Notes: generated by a model not told the origin, from the letters alone. Positions 14,111 to 28,300 are shown, counted from the first letter of the stretch. The stretch: DNA of 64,000 nucleotides from Lama guanicoe (GCA_013239625.1 MU054117.1:2168011-2232010), one strand, 5' to 3'. Made by a program: numbers and translations.

Positions 14111-14224
14111 AGTGCATTCCTCATCAGTCTGGCACAGTGCTGGGCACACACGCAGCTGTCTCCTCCCTCCCCTGCAGCATGTCACAGTTTATACAGTGTC
14201 TCCACACACACCTCTTTTTTTTCA

Positions 14225-14680
14225 CAGAAATATTGTTGACTTACAATGTTATGTGAGTTTCTGGTGTACAGCACAGTGATTCAGTTATACACATATGTAT
14301 ATATTCTTTTTCACATTATTTTTCATGATGGGCTATTACAAGGTACTGAATCTAGTTCCCTGTGCTGTACAGTAGGACCTTCTTGTTTATTTTATATACA
14401 GTAGTTAGTATCTGCAAATCCTGAACTCCTAATTTATCCCTCCCCCTTCTCGCCCTCCGGTAACCTTAAGTTTGTTTTCTATGTCTGTGAGTCTATTTCT
14501 GTTTCATAAATAAGTTCATTTGTGACATTGTTTTTAGATTCCACATCTATAAGTGATATCATACAATATTGTGTCTCTTTCTGGCTCACTTCAGTTAGTA
14601 TGATCACCTCCAGGTCCATCCATGTTGCTGCAAATGGCATTATTTCATTCTCTTTTTATGGCTGAGTAGTAGTCCATTCA
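14225..14680 (-). mobile_element. Cetartiodactyl-type L1 3' end
   Basis: GGTGTACAGCACAGTGATTCAGTTATAC...GTTCCCTGTGCTGTACAGTAGG...TCCATCCATGTTGCTGCAAATGGC. Confidence 0.85.
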
Positions 14681-15409
14681 CACGCCTTTTAATCTTCGTA
14701 CATGAGTTAGACCTGGTTATTCTGCTTTGCAGGTAAGGAGCAAGACATGACCTTGTTTCCCCAAGGTCACACAGCGGGTAGGGGTGGAGCCAGCATTGAA
14801 CCCTGTCCCTCTGGTCCCAGGAGTGTATCTCATGGTGCAGCCTGGGAGCCACAGATGGTCTAGGGAAGAATGCCACCGAGGCCCCTCCTCCGACGGCAGG
14901 AGATAGCATGGTTTCCGGAGAGCCCACAAGCTTTAGGAAGAGCTGCATTTAGTCCCTGCCTTCCCACTGGGGGAAGCCTACACACATACATGTAATAGAT
15001 GCACACACACTCACTCTTGGCTGGCAGATACACATATGCACGTACACATATGTTCACATGCAACTCCATGTGTGCAGATGCAGGACTAAGACCAAGGATG
15101 TTTCGTCCCTTACATGAACTCTCCTGACCACGTGGTCCACAGAAGGATACGATGTCCTGTGGGGACCTGCAAATCATCCATCTGTGGCTACACATGGGTG
15201 ACACTCTGTCCTCTAGTCCAGTCCTCCTGGCATGACAGAGATGAGTTCAGCAATATGGATGGTGGTCACATGGGCATGTCACTTGGGGCCGCCAGCCTTT
15301 TTGTCCCCCCTGAGCCAAGTTTCTCCCCAGTCAGGCCTTGACTTGGGAAGCCCGTCCCCTCCACCCTAGCATGGGGGACACTCCATCAGGGTGTAAGAGG
15401 CTAAAGCCT

Positions 15410-15600
15410 GTGTGTGAATCTTGAAGACACTACTGTAGCTGTGTGACCTTGGGTGGGTCCTCTTAATCTCTGAGCCTCAGTTACCACATCTGTGAAATGG
15501 GGACAGTAATATCTTCCCATGAGGATTGTACGGACCAACTGAGATTTAAAAACGTATATAGATGCCTAGTGCACAGCAGAAATCAGTACATGGGTGCTGA
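15410..15600 (+). mobile_element. MIR SINE (further MIR fragments near 750-960, 19670-19780, 24800-25020, 37940-38120, 51220-51380, 52170-52340)
   Basis: AGCTGTGTGACCTTGGG..TTAATCTCTGAGCCTCAGTT..CATCTGTGAAATGGGGACAGTAAT MIR core. Confidence 0.75.
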
Positions 15601-16321
15601 AAGGAAGACTGAATAAGTGAGTGAAGATCAGACGGTTGTACGTTGCTCTGCGAGGTTCTGTCTGCTGTGGCTTAAATGTGGATACTGCCTCCTGTTGGCT
15701 GCTTGACTGAGGGCGAGTTCCTCGACCCCTTGTGCCTCATCCCCCAAATGCAAAAGTTACTGAGACATGAGATAAGTCTGTAAGGCACTTAACACAGAGC
15801 CTAGCCCATAGTGCACGCACAATAAAATATAGCTTTCGTTAAATTATTCTTTCTTTCCTCCGGGTAGTGAGGCCGTGGTCCTCAGTCTTCCTGTGGTGCC
15901 CAGGGCAGGGCTTTTCTGGTGGTGACACTCAGTCCCTGCAGCGGGCTGAGTCGAATGTGCCACCATTGCTCCCACCTTCAAGAACCACCTTCTGTCTTGA
16001 ACCCTCTTCCCCCTCCAGATATCACCTCATTTCTTTACTCTTCTTTCTAGCAAAATTCATTCAAGAGCTTTCTACACTCACTTTCTTCAGTTCCTCCCAT
16101 TCTGTCATCTTTTAAACTTTCGATTAGGAAATGTCAAATGTGCATCTTATCAATCTTCTATCCCCAACTTTTCGCTGTTGCATTTTAAAGCATACCCCAG
16201 AAACAATATCATTGCTCAGAGTGCGTCTCTAACAGGTAAGAACTTTGAACCTAACTAAATTAACAATAGATCTCTAAACATTCGTGTTCCAATTTCCCTG
16301 GTTGCTTAAAAATGTCTTTTG

Positions 16322-16690
16322 TCAGAGAAAGACAAATATCATATATCACATATGTGGAATCTAAAAAAAGGACACAAATTTTATTACAAACTAGAAATAG
16401 GCTCATGGACATAGAAAATAAACTATGGTTACCAGAGGGGAAGAGGGGGAGGGATAAATTAAGGATGTGGGATTAACAGATACACACTACTATATAAAAT
16501 AGATAAACAACAAGGACCCACTCTATAGCACAGGGAACTATTCAATATCTTGTAATAACCCATAATGGAAAAGAATCTGAAAATATATGTGTATGTATAT
16601 ATATATATGTATGTGTATGCATAACTGACTCACTGCTGTACACCTGAACTAACACTGTAAATCAACTACACTTCAATAAAAATAAAATTT
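16322..16690 (+). mobile_element. Cetartiodactyl-type L1 3' end
   Basis: GAAAGACAAATATCAT...GATAAACAACAAGGACC..TATAGCACAGGGAACTA...CTTCAATAAAAATAAAA. Confidence 0.88.
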
Positions 16691-16799
16691 TGAAAACGTG
16701 TGTTTCCAGTTGCTTTGTCTGAATCGGGACCTAATCAAGGTCCAGGCGTTACACCGGGTGGATTTGTCTCAGTCTTGGCTTCCTCCTCTCTGCAACCCA

Positions 16800-18120
16800 C
16801 GCTAATCAAGCTTCTCCCGCCCCACTTGCTCCGCAAAAGCTGCGCTTTTCAGGGTCACAAATGACCTCCGTGCTGCCCAATGGACTGTCCTCCCCGCTCG
16901 CCCTCTGCAACGGGCGACCCTGCTCCTGCCCTCCTCACTGGGACGCCTCTTTGCTGGGCCACCTCGTGCTTCTCAAGCTGCCCTGCTCCTTCGGCTTTAA
17001 AAGCCTCCCCAGATTTATATCTCCAGTCCACTCCGAAGGCCCACCAGTCATCTCACTGCACCGCCCAACGGGCATCTCCAGCCTCAACCCCTCATCTTCC
17101 CCCTGCAGACGCCTCCATCTCTTCCTTCCAGCAGCTTCAGCCCAAACTCTCCACCTCATCCTCAGCTCCTGCTTCTCTCACACCCACACCAGTCCCTCAG
17201 GGAGTCCCCTTGGCTTGACTGCGTGTGGCCACTTCTGCTGCCATCACCCTGTCCAAGCGCCTTCGCTCTCCCGCCTGGGCTCTGCAGCCGCCTCCCGCCT
17301 TGTCCCCGCTTCACCCTCTCTTCCTGCTTCAGTGTTCTCCACACCCAAACTCCCCCAGCAGCCGGGGTTCCTTTTAAGTATTCTGCTCAAAACCATCCAG
17401 TGGCTCCCAGTCTTTCTTAAAGTAAAAGCCAAAGTCTTCACAATGGATTCCAAGGCCCTATCAGTGTTTCTTAGCCAAAAACACTGGTATTTGGGGCAGG
17501 AGAACTCTTCACCGTGGGGGCTGTCCTGTGCTCTCTAGGATGTGCGACACAGCCCTTGCCCACTAAACGCCAGCAGAGCAGTGCTCCACCCCACCAGCCT
17601 CTGCGACAACTAAAACATCCCCACGCATTCCCAAACACTACCTGGTGGATGTGGAAATCCCAGGGGAGAATCTCTTACAAGATCAGCGGCACCCCTGCCC
17701 TCTCCTGCCCTCCCTCCTGCCTCAGACCTCTCTCTGCTCCCGCCTCACCTGAACAAGCAGGCAGGCCCTCTCACTCGCCTTTGCGCTGCTGCTGGCTCTG
17801 CCAGGGCGCCCCTCCCTCACATGGCACAGCCCCTTCTCCAGGTCGTTACTCCAGGGTCATGCCAGCTCTCAGTGAGGCCTTCTCAGGGCACCCTGTCCGA
17901 AACCGCAAATCCCTTTACCCCCAGGCCCCCTGCCCTGTTTTATTTTCCTCAGAGCCCTTATCCCATTGGACATACTGTATGTTTTCATTCTTCATCTTGT
18001 TTATTTTTGTCTATAAGCTTCACGAAGGGGTTTGGGGGTCTTTTGTTAACTGCTGTACCCTGGTACCTGGAAGAGTAGTAATTGGCATACAGTCAAATAT
18101 TTGTTAAGTGAAAGAAAGAA
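16800..18120. mobile_element. L2 remnants interrupted by a MER20-like element at about 17460-17660
   Basis: L2-like CTGCTCAAAACCATCCAGTGGCTCCCA and TAAAAGCCAAAGTCTTCACAATGG; MER20-like GGGGGCTGTCCTGTGC..TAGGATG, CCCACTAAACGCCAG, GACAACTAAAA. Confidence 0.65.
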
Positions 18121-18839
18121 TAAGAGGTGACGAACATCCGTTTGTGTACAGAAGAAAACAAGCACTTTTAAGCCACAGGAAGAAAGAATTAACTTAATCC
18201 TTAGACAAAGATTGGCGTATGCTCAGCCTGGAGTGGGAAGTAGGGGAAGAGGCGATAAGAACTTCAATCTATTTCTCAGATCTGTTCAGGAAGACTTCCT
18301 GAAGGAGGTGGGGTTTTAGGACTCCCTCTCAGCTCATTTTGAACTAGATTATAACACCCTGGCAGCTCCCCTAGCTCTTATGACTGCAGACAACAAAGTG
18401 AGCCAAGCCCGAAGGCGGTGGGGGGGTTTTCAGGTAGGGGTGCCCGCTCCCTGAATCTTTTTTCTACTGCAATTTACCAAAGTCTGTAGGATGCTCCAGC
18501 AGCGGGTCTGCAGGTGGAGGGCCAAGTTCAAACGGAGCCCCTGGACAGTGTCTGCCTACGCACCCACTACCCACCCCTGCCCTCAGAAAAGGCTGCCCCA
18601 AATGATTACACAGAAGCAGGCTACCCAGAGCTTGGCTTCCACACGCTCAGCGGACAAGAATAAAGGACCCAGATTCACAGCCACACAATGGAATACTTTA
18701 CAGCTATTGAAAAGAATGAGACAGCTCTTTTTATACTGACTCTGGAAGGATCACCAGGATAGGTTATTAGGGGAAAAAAGCAACATGCAGAACAGTGTGC
18801 AGTATACTACCGCTTGTGTAAAAAGAAACACTCACACAT

Positions 18840-18843
18840 ATAT

Positions 18844-18878
<35 letters not shown>
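18840..18878. repeat. (TA)n microsatellite
   Basis: Directly visible. Confidence 0.9.
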
Positions 18879-18882
<4 letters not shown>

Positions 18883-19929
18883 CTTGTATATACATAGATT
18901 GTCCCTAGAAAGATACACAAGAAATTGCCAACAGTTGCTGGGATGGGGGTGGGGGTAGGAAACGGGGGTGTGGAGACACTTCTCACTGTCAAGTCTTGCA
19001 TCTTTCAAATTTTGTACTATGTCAATGTATTACCTATCTGAAAAGAATAAATTCAATTTTAGAAAGAACACAACCAGGTTGACAAAATGAAAACCAGCAG
19101 GGCCATGTGAAAAGTTCAGCACTTTTAGGCGTTCAAATGAAAGCCACCTGCACAAGCATAGGTGGCTAGAAGTGGGACAGTCCTTCCAGCAGAAAGAGCC
19201 AGTGGGTTCCCAGGTTCCATCCAGAGCCAGGCAGGGTCCAGAACCTGTGTGGTTGGGGCAGGAGTGAGGGAAGGGCTCCCCTTGCCCCAGCTGGCCCGGC
19301 CATGAGGTTCTCTCCACTTCCTGTGTTTTAGGGACTAGAAGCCAGTGGTGGGGTGGGCAGAGCCACTCCCAGGTCCACGTGGAGCAGAAGGTGTAGGCTT
19401 CAGTGTTCATCTGAAACAAGGGAAGGGGGGCGGCTGGAGACAGTGGTCAGGAATGCCAGGGAGGAGGGTTGACTGTCTTCAAGTATTTGAGGGGCTGTCA
19501 GAGAGGGAAGGAGGAGCCCTGTTGTGAACCGGCTGGAAGACTCTTACCTTCAAAAGCACTTTCTGGCTCAGTCCTTGCCAGAGGGGTCCCCAAACAACGG
19601 CTGCGCTTGGGCTGCTGGGCCTTTATTGACATCGGCTCTGAAGTTTCACAGCAGTCTGTTAGGGCAGCACCATCCTTACCCCCATTTTACAGATGAGAAA
19701 ACTGAGGCTGTCACTGCTGAAGATCACAGTTGGTATATGACTGAGTCAAGGTTCAAACCTGAGGCCACATTCTGAACTATTATGGTCTCACAGGTTGGGC
19801 CAGAACTCGAAGATTATGTGATTCTACAAAATACCAGTGTAAGTATGGAAAGCTAAGACAGGGCTGGGAGTTGTCTCGGGTACCAGGGAGGCTAGGCAGG
19901 TGGGTGCCGAGTAGAACTGGGTCTCGAAG

Positions 19930-20620
19930 ACGCCATCCTGATCCCCGACCTCCTTAGCCGCCCCCGCGGCTTCTCCCAGGAAGGCGCTCTCCTCTGCCCG
20001 GGCTGGGGCCCACGAAGGCCTGCTCCCCCCGCCCCCCACCCCGGCGTCCGCACCCTCGCGCAGGAGCCCTGCGGGGCCGCTGGGGCGGGTCGGGGGCGGG
20101 GATGCTGCAGCCCGGAAGCCCCTCCCTCGGCCCAGGCTCCCGGGCGGCGGGCGGCCGGGAGGCTCCCAGACGTCGTGGGCGGGCGGAGCGCCGGGCCGGG
20201 GGAGGGGCTGGGAGGCCCGCAGACCCGGGAGACGCGCCCCCTCCCCGCCCCCGCGGGGCCCGGGCGCGCAGCTGGGGCGGCCGCAGCCGCGCTCCCCGCG
20301 CGCGTGACTCAGCAGCNNNNNNNNNNNNNNNNNNNNNNNNNNNNNNNNNNNNNNNNNNNNNNNNNNNNNNNNGGGCCCGCGCCGAGGGGCGCGTGGGCCG
20401 GGAGATTCCGCGCCGCCCGCCCGGCCGCCCACGCGGCCGCGAGCCCGACTCCGCGCGCCCGCCCCCGGAGGGGCCCCCGGGACGCGGCCGCCGGAGGAAG
20501 GGCTTTCCCCGGGCTCGCGAGCGGGCCTGGGGGCAGAGAGCGGAGGGGGCCGGCCTGAGCGCTCCCCTCCGGCTGCGCCCGGCTTTTACACACGAATGTC
20601 CGGAGGGAACCCAGAGAAAA
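19930..20620. promoter_or_regulatory. Intronic CpG island in IQSEC3 intron 1, likely alternative promoter
   Basis: Dense CpG/GC-box sequence about 10.5 kb into intron 1; contains a 56-N gap. Confidence 0.7.
20317..20372. other. Assembly gap (56 N)
   Basis: Run of n characters inside extreme-GC sequence. Confidence 0.99.
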
Positions 20621-22187
20621 TTCCAGGGAATCTGGAGCTCAAAGCTCCTGCAGATTCACCTCACCTCACCCTCCCCGACCTGCGGGGCTTGCCGCCCTGC
20701 ACGGACCCACAGGGTCTGTCTCATTTTTCTCGAAAAGGACAGTGCGTTCTGAGCTTCCTTTCTAAGGCTCTAATCATTTGGAAGTCACTTTTCTCACCTA
20801 AGGTAAGTCCTTCCTGCTGCAGCAACCTCTGAACAGCTCTGCTTTGCCACAGACGTGGCGAGCTTAGGGCAGACAGGGCCCAAAAGGTGACAAAGGCTGA
20901 TTGTTCCCATTGCACAGAGGGGACGTCAAGGCCCAGAGACGGGGGAGGGGTTGGCTCCACGCGCACACTTGGGGTCTCTGAGGGTGGGCGGCAGGAGCCC
21001 TGGTTTCTGGGTTGGAGTCCAGCTGTTTGGAGAGTTACCCTGCCCCTCCTCCAGTGCTGCCCAGCTCAGTGCCTCCACTTGCCCCTGGAATTCTCTTTGG
21101 CCCTCCCCAGTGGTTCTTCTGAATTAAGAAGCTCCAAGAATGTCCAGGATGCCAAATGAGCCCGTCTGGAGACACCAGGGCATCTCCGTTTGTAAAGACC
21201 AAGCTGTGCTCTGGAAACGCTGAAAGCAGACCCGAGCCAGAGGTTCCCAACTGCTCTGCAGAGTTTCTGTTGCTGTTGCTATTTTAAATAATCATTGTGT
21301 TGAATTGATGTGTTGAATGAAAATTGTGGTGGATTGGAATCATTTATCAAGGAAGAAATTGTGGAGTTCCCTCTCCGCTCTGCTGGGATAGGGAGTGCGC
21401 GTTCCTGACTGAAGGCAGGGAGACAGCTGGTTTGACCTGCCGGATCCAGCCTTGAGAGGTCATGTGGCGCGGGGCCCTGGCCCCAGCTGAGCCAGTCAGG
21501 CGCGGGGTGCTCCTGCACCCGCCCATCTCCCAGGCAGCCTTCTTCCTGGGAGCTCACAGCCTCCAGAGGTCAGGTCTCCATCACCCTCGAGGCAGAATGA
21601 GGGATAGAAAGCGGGAAGCAGAGGCACTGTAGACGCACCCCATTTTACAGAGAGGAGGACCAGGAGGAACTGGCTTGCTGGGAGGGAGAAACAGGGATGC
21701 AGAGAAAGGAGCAGGAACTCAAGAGTCCTGACAGGGTGGCCTGCCCGCCCTGGGGTCGGGGAGGCAGGAAGGCGGCCTGTGCCGTGTGGTTGGGTCATCG
21801 CCCACCTCCCCAAGTCCACGTCGGGAACACGCTCAGCTATGCGTGATCTCACAAACACATCCTCACCAGACTCACACCCACTCCCCTCCCGTCAGCGTCC
21901 TAACGGTTCCCTGAGCAGAGCTGACACTGCCTGGTCGAGAAAGAGGAGGGGCCTGGAGCCTGGGTGCTGCTTCCTGTGGCATCTCCCGGGGCCAGACAGT
22001 GACCCCAGAATCCAGCTCTCTCTCCTCTGCCTCTTCCTACCCGGAGACATGGCCACAATTCCGGCTTCCTCTCCCTCCCATCCTCATAGACCCATTTTCC
22101 ATTTTGATTTCAACCTGCTGATGGGCTGTGTGTGTGTGTGTGTCTGAGGTGAAACACGCATTCCAAGGACTTTCTCATGCATCACTT

Positions 22188-22331
22188 CTTTTAAAAAAAA
22201 TTTGTGGGGGAGGGAGGTTTTTGATTTTTATTTATTTTTAGTTTTTTTGAAATGGAGGTACTGGGGGTTGGACCCAGGACCTCGTGCATACTAACAACAT
22301 TCTCTACCGCTGAGCTGTGCCCTCTCCTCAC
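22188..22331 (-). mobile_element. tRNA-derived SINE, camelid Vic-1-like
   Basis: Reverse complement of the same SINE; target-site duplication CATGCATCACTT at 22176-22187 and 22332-22343. Confidence 0.85.
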
Positions 22332-25300
22332 CATGCATCACTTTTAATGCAGCTTCCCAGGCTGAGGACTGGCCTGGTCAGAGGCCGGGGGCAGAGGTGG
22401 GAGGGCTCTCCCTACTCATGGGTAGGACTGGAGTGGGACCTGTTAGCTGGGGGGGGGTGCCCGTGTCCCCCTCACTCCCCTTCTGGCTTTAAGAGCTGAG
22501 CCTTTGATCCAGTGTTTCACAGGAACGCCTGCTCAGCTGCAGGAATTGTGCTCTTGGCCTGGGTGCTGCCCGCTCCTGGGCAGACCTCCCTCCTGCTGAG
22601 ACCTGCTTCAGCCCGGACACTGCAGCCCCTCCCTCCACTCAGAGGTGGACGGTGTACGAGCCACCTGGGCCCGAGGTCCTGCGGGGGACTCTTTCCAGCA
22701 GTATTCATCAAACCCTGCTAGGCGCTGAGCTGGCCTCCCACCCCCGTCCTCTGCAGGCCTGTGCCTCACAGCCCCCTGCTTGCCCACGTCTCCCCCCACC
22801 ACAACAAACCCAGTGGAATTGTGTGAAATTCTGCCATCCAAAAATTTATTTTACCATCCTGAAAAGGATCGACAGCACTTAACCAAGCACCAGGATGCGC
22901 CTTAAATTCCTACCTCGTGACTTTTACACATGAAGCTGGGGAAGTATCCCTTCTCTGGCTCATAGAATTATTTTTCCAAGACAAACCAGTGTGGGAGTGC
23001 CCTGAGCCCCTCCCCTGTGCTCAGCAGGCCCAGGCACCGCGATGCCAGCTCCCCGCAAAGTGCAGAGGAGGTAAAGACCGTGTACACGCTCAGTAGCCTC
23101 CCTCGGGAGCCGTTCAACGCCTCCTGAGCCTCCTGCCCTGGCGGTTGGGCACCCTCCTCCCTTATCAAACCTGCCGTCAGACACAGCTCAAATAAACCCT
23201 TTCATGCAGAAGAACAAAAGTCTGATACAGCCAAATGTGTTGTTTTTCTCTTCTCCTAGGAGAATTTGCGTTTTAACAAGGAGGATAACCTTGACGTACC
23301 CAAAGGAGTGGCTAACTGTGGGATTACTGGCATAGGCGAGATAATCTGGAAGGCAGAGAGACCTCCCTCAGTCCCCGAAACCCCCGTAACTAGCGGTAAG
23401 TCTGGCTCTGCACGCCCACAGGGCAGTCCTGACTGGCTCTCTTGGGCCATGCCGCACGCTGGCCAGAGCACTGGGGGAAGAGTTCTAACCTAGTCCTGCC
23501 GCTAACCAGTTCGGAAGCACCAGTCACTTCTCTCTCCGGCCGTAGTTTTCTCATTTGCCACATGACAAGCTTGGTCCAAATGACCTTATTGGACCTTTCC
23601 ACTTCAGACATTCACCTGACTCCCCAGAGGGGCTGGGGAGCCCTGGTCCAGAGCCTAAAGCCCCCCAGTCCCTGCAGCTGCGGTCCGGAGGAGATGGCCC
23701 GACTCCGTACAGCGTGGCAGTGGGGCCGGTCCTCCAGGCGGGTTCTTGGACAGGCCTGCAGACCTCCCGTCCACAGCAGCCCGCCCCCCTGCTGGGGAGG
23801 ACCGGTAGCACTCAGCACAGGCCTTGGCAGTGCAGTTACATAACCCTCCGGAGGGATATTCCAAACAGAGCGACAGCACAACGGCCTGTGCCCCCCACGC
23901 CCCTCCCTTCCACGCGCACACACACGCACGCACACACACGTCTTTGCCTTTGGTGGCCTCCCAGCCAACAACCCTTCACCACCCTGGAGAGAATTTTAAA
24001 AGCCTGCCATTTGTTTTGTTTTTCCTAGAAGACATTTCATCTAAGAGCATCCTTACGAGAAGAAGAAACTCCTTTAGCCCCTGGGCTTGACCAAAAAACA
24101 GAGTCTTCCTCCGGCCACCCCCACCCCCCACCTCTACCAAAACCCCACATCAGGTCAGGCCTCATCTTTTCTGAGTACCTCTCTGCTGTTCTTTCTAGCT
24201 TTCTGACCTCAGACTTCTGCAAAGAGCAGGTCTGCCTTCTCCCTTCCATCCCCAGGATGGAAGAATTTGGAGAAATGGATTTAGCTTTCTCTCCAGGGAG
24301 GTGGGAGGCATCCTCCCCATTCAAACTCCATTCCGTTACTCTCCGCTTCTGTCCTTGACAAGCCCGCATACTCAACGAGACTAGTTTCCCCATTCAGAAA
24401 ATGGACAAGGTCATTTTTATCACTGAGGGGCACTGGGTGGTAACCCAGATCCCGTCAGTGTCCTTAAGAGAAGTGCAATCTTAAAATGCAACAGAAGAAA
24501 TTTAAGTTGGGCTTAAGGACGCATTTCCCAGCTATGAAGCTGTGCGACCTCATGATAGATCACTCAGAGATGGCGGATTTGTCCTGCCTGGCTGCATTTC
24601 AAGGCAGGCTCCCATTCCCGTGTCTGGAATAGCTCGGGTACACGCTTCCCAGAGGTAGAGGAGTGGATGAGGAAAGGTTCCATGTAGGAAGGTGGCCTGG
24701 AGAAACGGAGGAAATCCTGAACCTGGATTCTCGTCGGTAGCTATGGTCTGACTTTGGATGAGCCCTGGGCCCTGGTTTCTTTATCTGTAGCAATAGTACA
24801 ATGTATCGAACACTTACTAAGTGCCCGGAACAGCACCAAAAAATGCTACCTAATTTTAAAACTCGACAACAACCCTTTACAGTGGGTATTAGTCCTCATT
24901 TCATAAATGAAAAAACTAAGGCTCAGAGAAGGTACATGAGGAATGTAAGGGGTCCCTGTAAGTGGGAGAGCAGGACTCATACCCAGGTAGGCCTGCCTCC
25001 AAAGCCCGTGTTCTGAGCCACCTAGATCTTAAGAGTTCTGTGATTCTGTGCTTTCCTTCAGTCCCTTTTGGCCTGAGTGGTCCAATTGCTCCCTCCCCCT
25101 GCTCCTGCTCCTTCATGTTTGTTTGTTCATGCCCTCGTTGCCAGAAATGGAGAGGACCACTCCCTTCCTGTGTGAACGCAAGAAGCCCTTTGCAGCTGGG
25201 GCGGGAACCACACTTTGTGCTTTTCCAGAAGCAGGAGAGGAAGGAGCTGCGGCGGCTCAGGCTTTGCAGATCCTGCCGGATGGCCCAGCCTCTGGGGGGT

Positions 25301-28300
25301 CTGCCAGGTGCCATGAGAGGGCCCCCAGGACCTCAGTATTACCGAGAAACCCCTTACTCAGCTGCACCCTGGGTCCACTGATTGTACGTTTGGGCCCCAG
25401 TGAAAAATGTCTCGGCTCGATCACCAGGGTGGTCTGTCTGAAGATCTTTACGTGGGATTTAAATTCAGGATCCAAGCCTCTTTCCAGAACAGGGGTCTAG
25501 CTGCTTTGCCTAACTCTCCCCTCCTTTTCCAAGTCACCCTCCCTTTCATTCCCTTTCCGCCCAGACCTGACCCTCTCTGCCATTTTTCATGCGTGACCTT
25601 TGACGCTCTGGCTGCATAGATATTTGCTGAATCAGCAGGACCCACTGCTGCTCCTCCTGCTCGGTTTCAGGCCAAGAGGAAGGTGCCTGTGTGAGGGCCT
25701 CCGGGGTTGACTGTGTGGGTCTGGGAAGGGCTGGGGAGTGAGGGAGGAGATGGCAGTGGAACCAGGCACTCGGGCTAGTGAGGAGGAGGGAGGCTGCTGT
25801 CGGGTTTTCCCCAGGCCAGGGCGACGGGTTTCTCTTGGATTGTGTTCTTTGTGGATGAGAGGGAGGGAAGAGCAGGGGTCTGGGTCCTCGGAAAGGCAGG
25901 GGGCAGCAGATGGTCATGAGTGCCTGCTCTATGCTGGCTTCTCGGTGAGCGAAAGACACACATGCCATCCTCTCGGGGAGCCTTCGTTCTGGCCCTCTTT
26001 TCCATCCTCACTGGGATAGGAAAGAGGAGGATGACAGACAGGCCAGGGAAGCACAACGTTGCTTCCCCAGCAAGCAGGTCTTTTGGCCACAAGGTAGAAA
26101 GGACCCCGAGTGCTGATAGCTCCCTCCCAGGTTGATTGATTTAGCCTGGGGAGGGGCGATGAGGGTGGGGGGACTGTACAGTCAGAGGGTGGGGTGATGA
26201 GCACCTGCAACACAGACACCTCCGTGGATTGACTCCTGCGGGCCGTGTCCCTTTCCAGCTCTCCTTGGCTCTCACTGTTCCTGACATCAACCCTTGATGC
26301 CAACCCAGGAAGCCTCTCTGGGCTCTAAATATGGTTTATATGTTCGCCCTTTTTACCCCATTCTCTTCTGACAGAGGGTAGCTCTGGGCACCTGCAATCT
26401 GCTTACACTTATTTAGATGTTTCTAGATGTGCATCTTATGTTGAGCAAGGACTGTCTGTGTCTTTCCTGTGTTTTCATAACACGGTACAGGGTTTTGAAT
26501 GGACTGGACACTTGATACAATAGAGTTGACTGGCAGACCCTCACTCTCTTAATAGCTCCCAGGAGGGGCTGGTCATGAGCTGCCACCTCAGGCTGACCAC
26601 CTGGCCTCAGTAGAAGCAGAAACACCTGCTCCAAATCAGTGTTTCAGACAGCAGGCTAAAAAACACACCCAGTGGTCTTCCAGCCATCCCCTGGCCTCCC
26701 ATCAGCATAAGACTATGGAGCTTAAAAGATGGCCCAAGATTTAGTTTATGTGTAATGATGAGAGCAGAGACAAGGAGCCGTCCTTGTGCCAAGTAAGTGG
26801 AAGCAAAGGACAGAGGGAAGAAGATATGGGAGACAGAAAGTGTCTGAGGGGAGGGAGGAAAGGGGGAAGAGAGAGTGAAGGAAAAAGAGAAAGGAGTGAG
26901 GAAGAAGAAGGGCAAAAAAAAAAAAAAGACAAGGGAGGAAGAGGAGAGGACAAGAGCTACTGAGCCTTTCAGACTTCCTGGCCCCTTGGAGATGGGAAGT
27001 TGGGGTAGGAGCTGAATTTGAATGATATGCAAGACTCTCACCCAGCCTGGGGGAAAATCCCCTGCCCGCAGGCCTGGGGACACAGGCAAGCCCTGGGATC
27101 CACTGGCTCTAAGTGCTCGGCTGGAGGGGTGGGCTAACAGATGCTCAGACAGAAGAGCTGTGGCCACACCGAACGAAGCCAGTAGCTCAAGGTAGGGTCA
27201 TGTGCTTCTGTGGTGAAGAGGGGACTTTGCCAGGTCAGGCTGAGGCTCTGGCTCCAGCCAGGAGAGGGATAATCAATTCTGTGGATGCTGTGAGCCTTGA
27301 TTGAAAAAATAAAGAGGAGGAAGCTAGATTGCTGCTTTCATTAAGAGGCAAAAGCAGTGGGGGCTGGAGCTTAGCAAGAGCCAGGAAGCGGCAGAGAAAG
27401 AATTTTAACCCCTCTGGTGTCGTTCTTCCCTGATAATTCTGCACCGCCCCCCACATTGTTGCTCTCCCGGCCTGACCTCCAGGGCTACCACCTTTGTATC
27501 TCCCTCAGCTGAAGCAGGGAGAGAGGCCAGGCTGCATATTAATACCAATCTGATGACAATTAGAAGACCTATTATTTTCCAGCCCCAGGGTCCCCAGGGC
27601 TCCTGCCTCTCCTGGATTTGGGCAGGAAGATGAGTTCTGGGGATAAGAGGCAAACAGTGCAGTGAGATAATGCATCGGACAATGCCTGGCCCCTGGGAAC
27701 CCTCACTTCCCCTCCCCCACCCCCGGCAACCTGGCCGGGCTGCATTCTGACTCAGTGAGACCAGGGAAGGGGAAGTAAGAAATGAGAAAAGATTTCAGCA
27801 GAATTATGACCCAGAGACCCCCTCTGCCATCCCTTCCTCCTACGTCAGTGCGCCCAATAGAGAACTGATTCAGCAGGGAGATCCCCAGGAGAGACACCAG
27901 GGAGGGCTCCTGGCTCTACTCTTCCTCTCCTCCTCTCCCCTGATCCACGGAGATGTCCCCCTGCCTGCTGCCAGCATCTAGCCCTGCATCCTTGAGAGGT
28001 TGAGCAGAGGAGGGCAGAAATGCAAAACGGGGTCGGGTTGGGAGTCATAGGTGGAGAGCAGCATGGGGCCAAAGCAGTAGTCAGCAAAGATGATTCCTTC
28101 CTGAGGTCTATGGAGAAAACTTGGGTTGAAGTTAAGCAAAACAGTGGGGAGAAATGGGTGATCCAAAAGGCATTCAGTCAGCCAAGATGTCCAAGATTTC
28201 CGAGCCAAGGGGAGAGGGAGCTGCAGAGAGTGGGGCAAGGCATGTGTGTCTGAGCTCTCTAAGTCTCTGGGTATCCAGGCTTGGTGAGCAGAAGGGGAAG

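Noticed and set aside
16861..18107. 225-aa and 197-aa ORFs
   Set aside because: They lie in decayed L2 and MER20 sequence with no intact reverse transcriptase motifs.
19824..20752. ORFs across the intronic CpG island, including WEPPGR, which resembles the MEPPGR start I recall for a short IQSEC2 isoform
   Set aside because: No ATG at that position, the ORFs span an N gap, and the nearest donor is in the wrong phase for exon 2.
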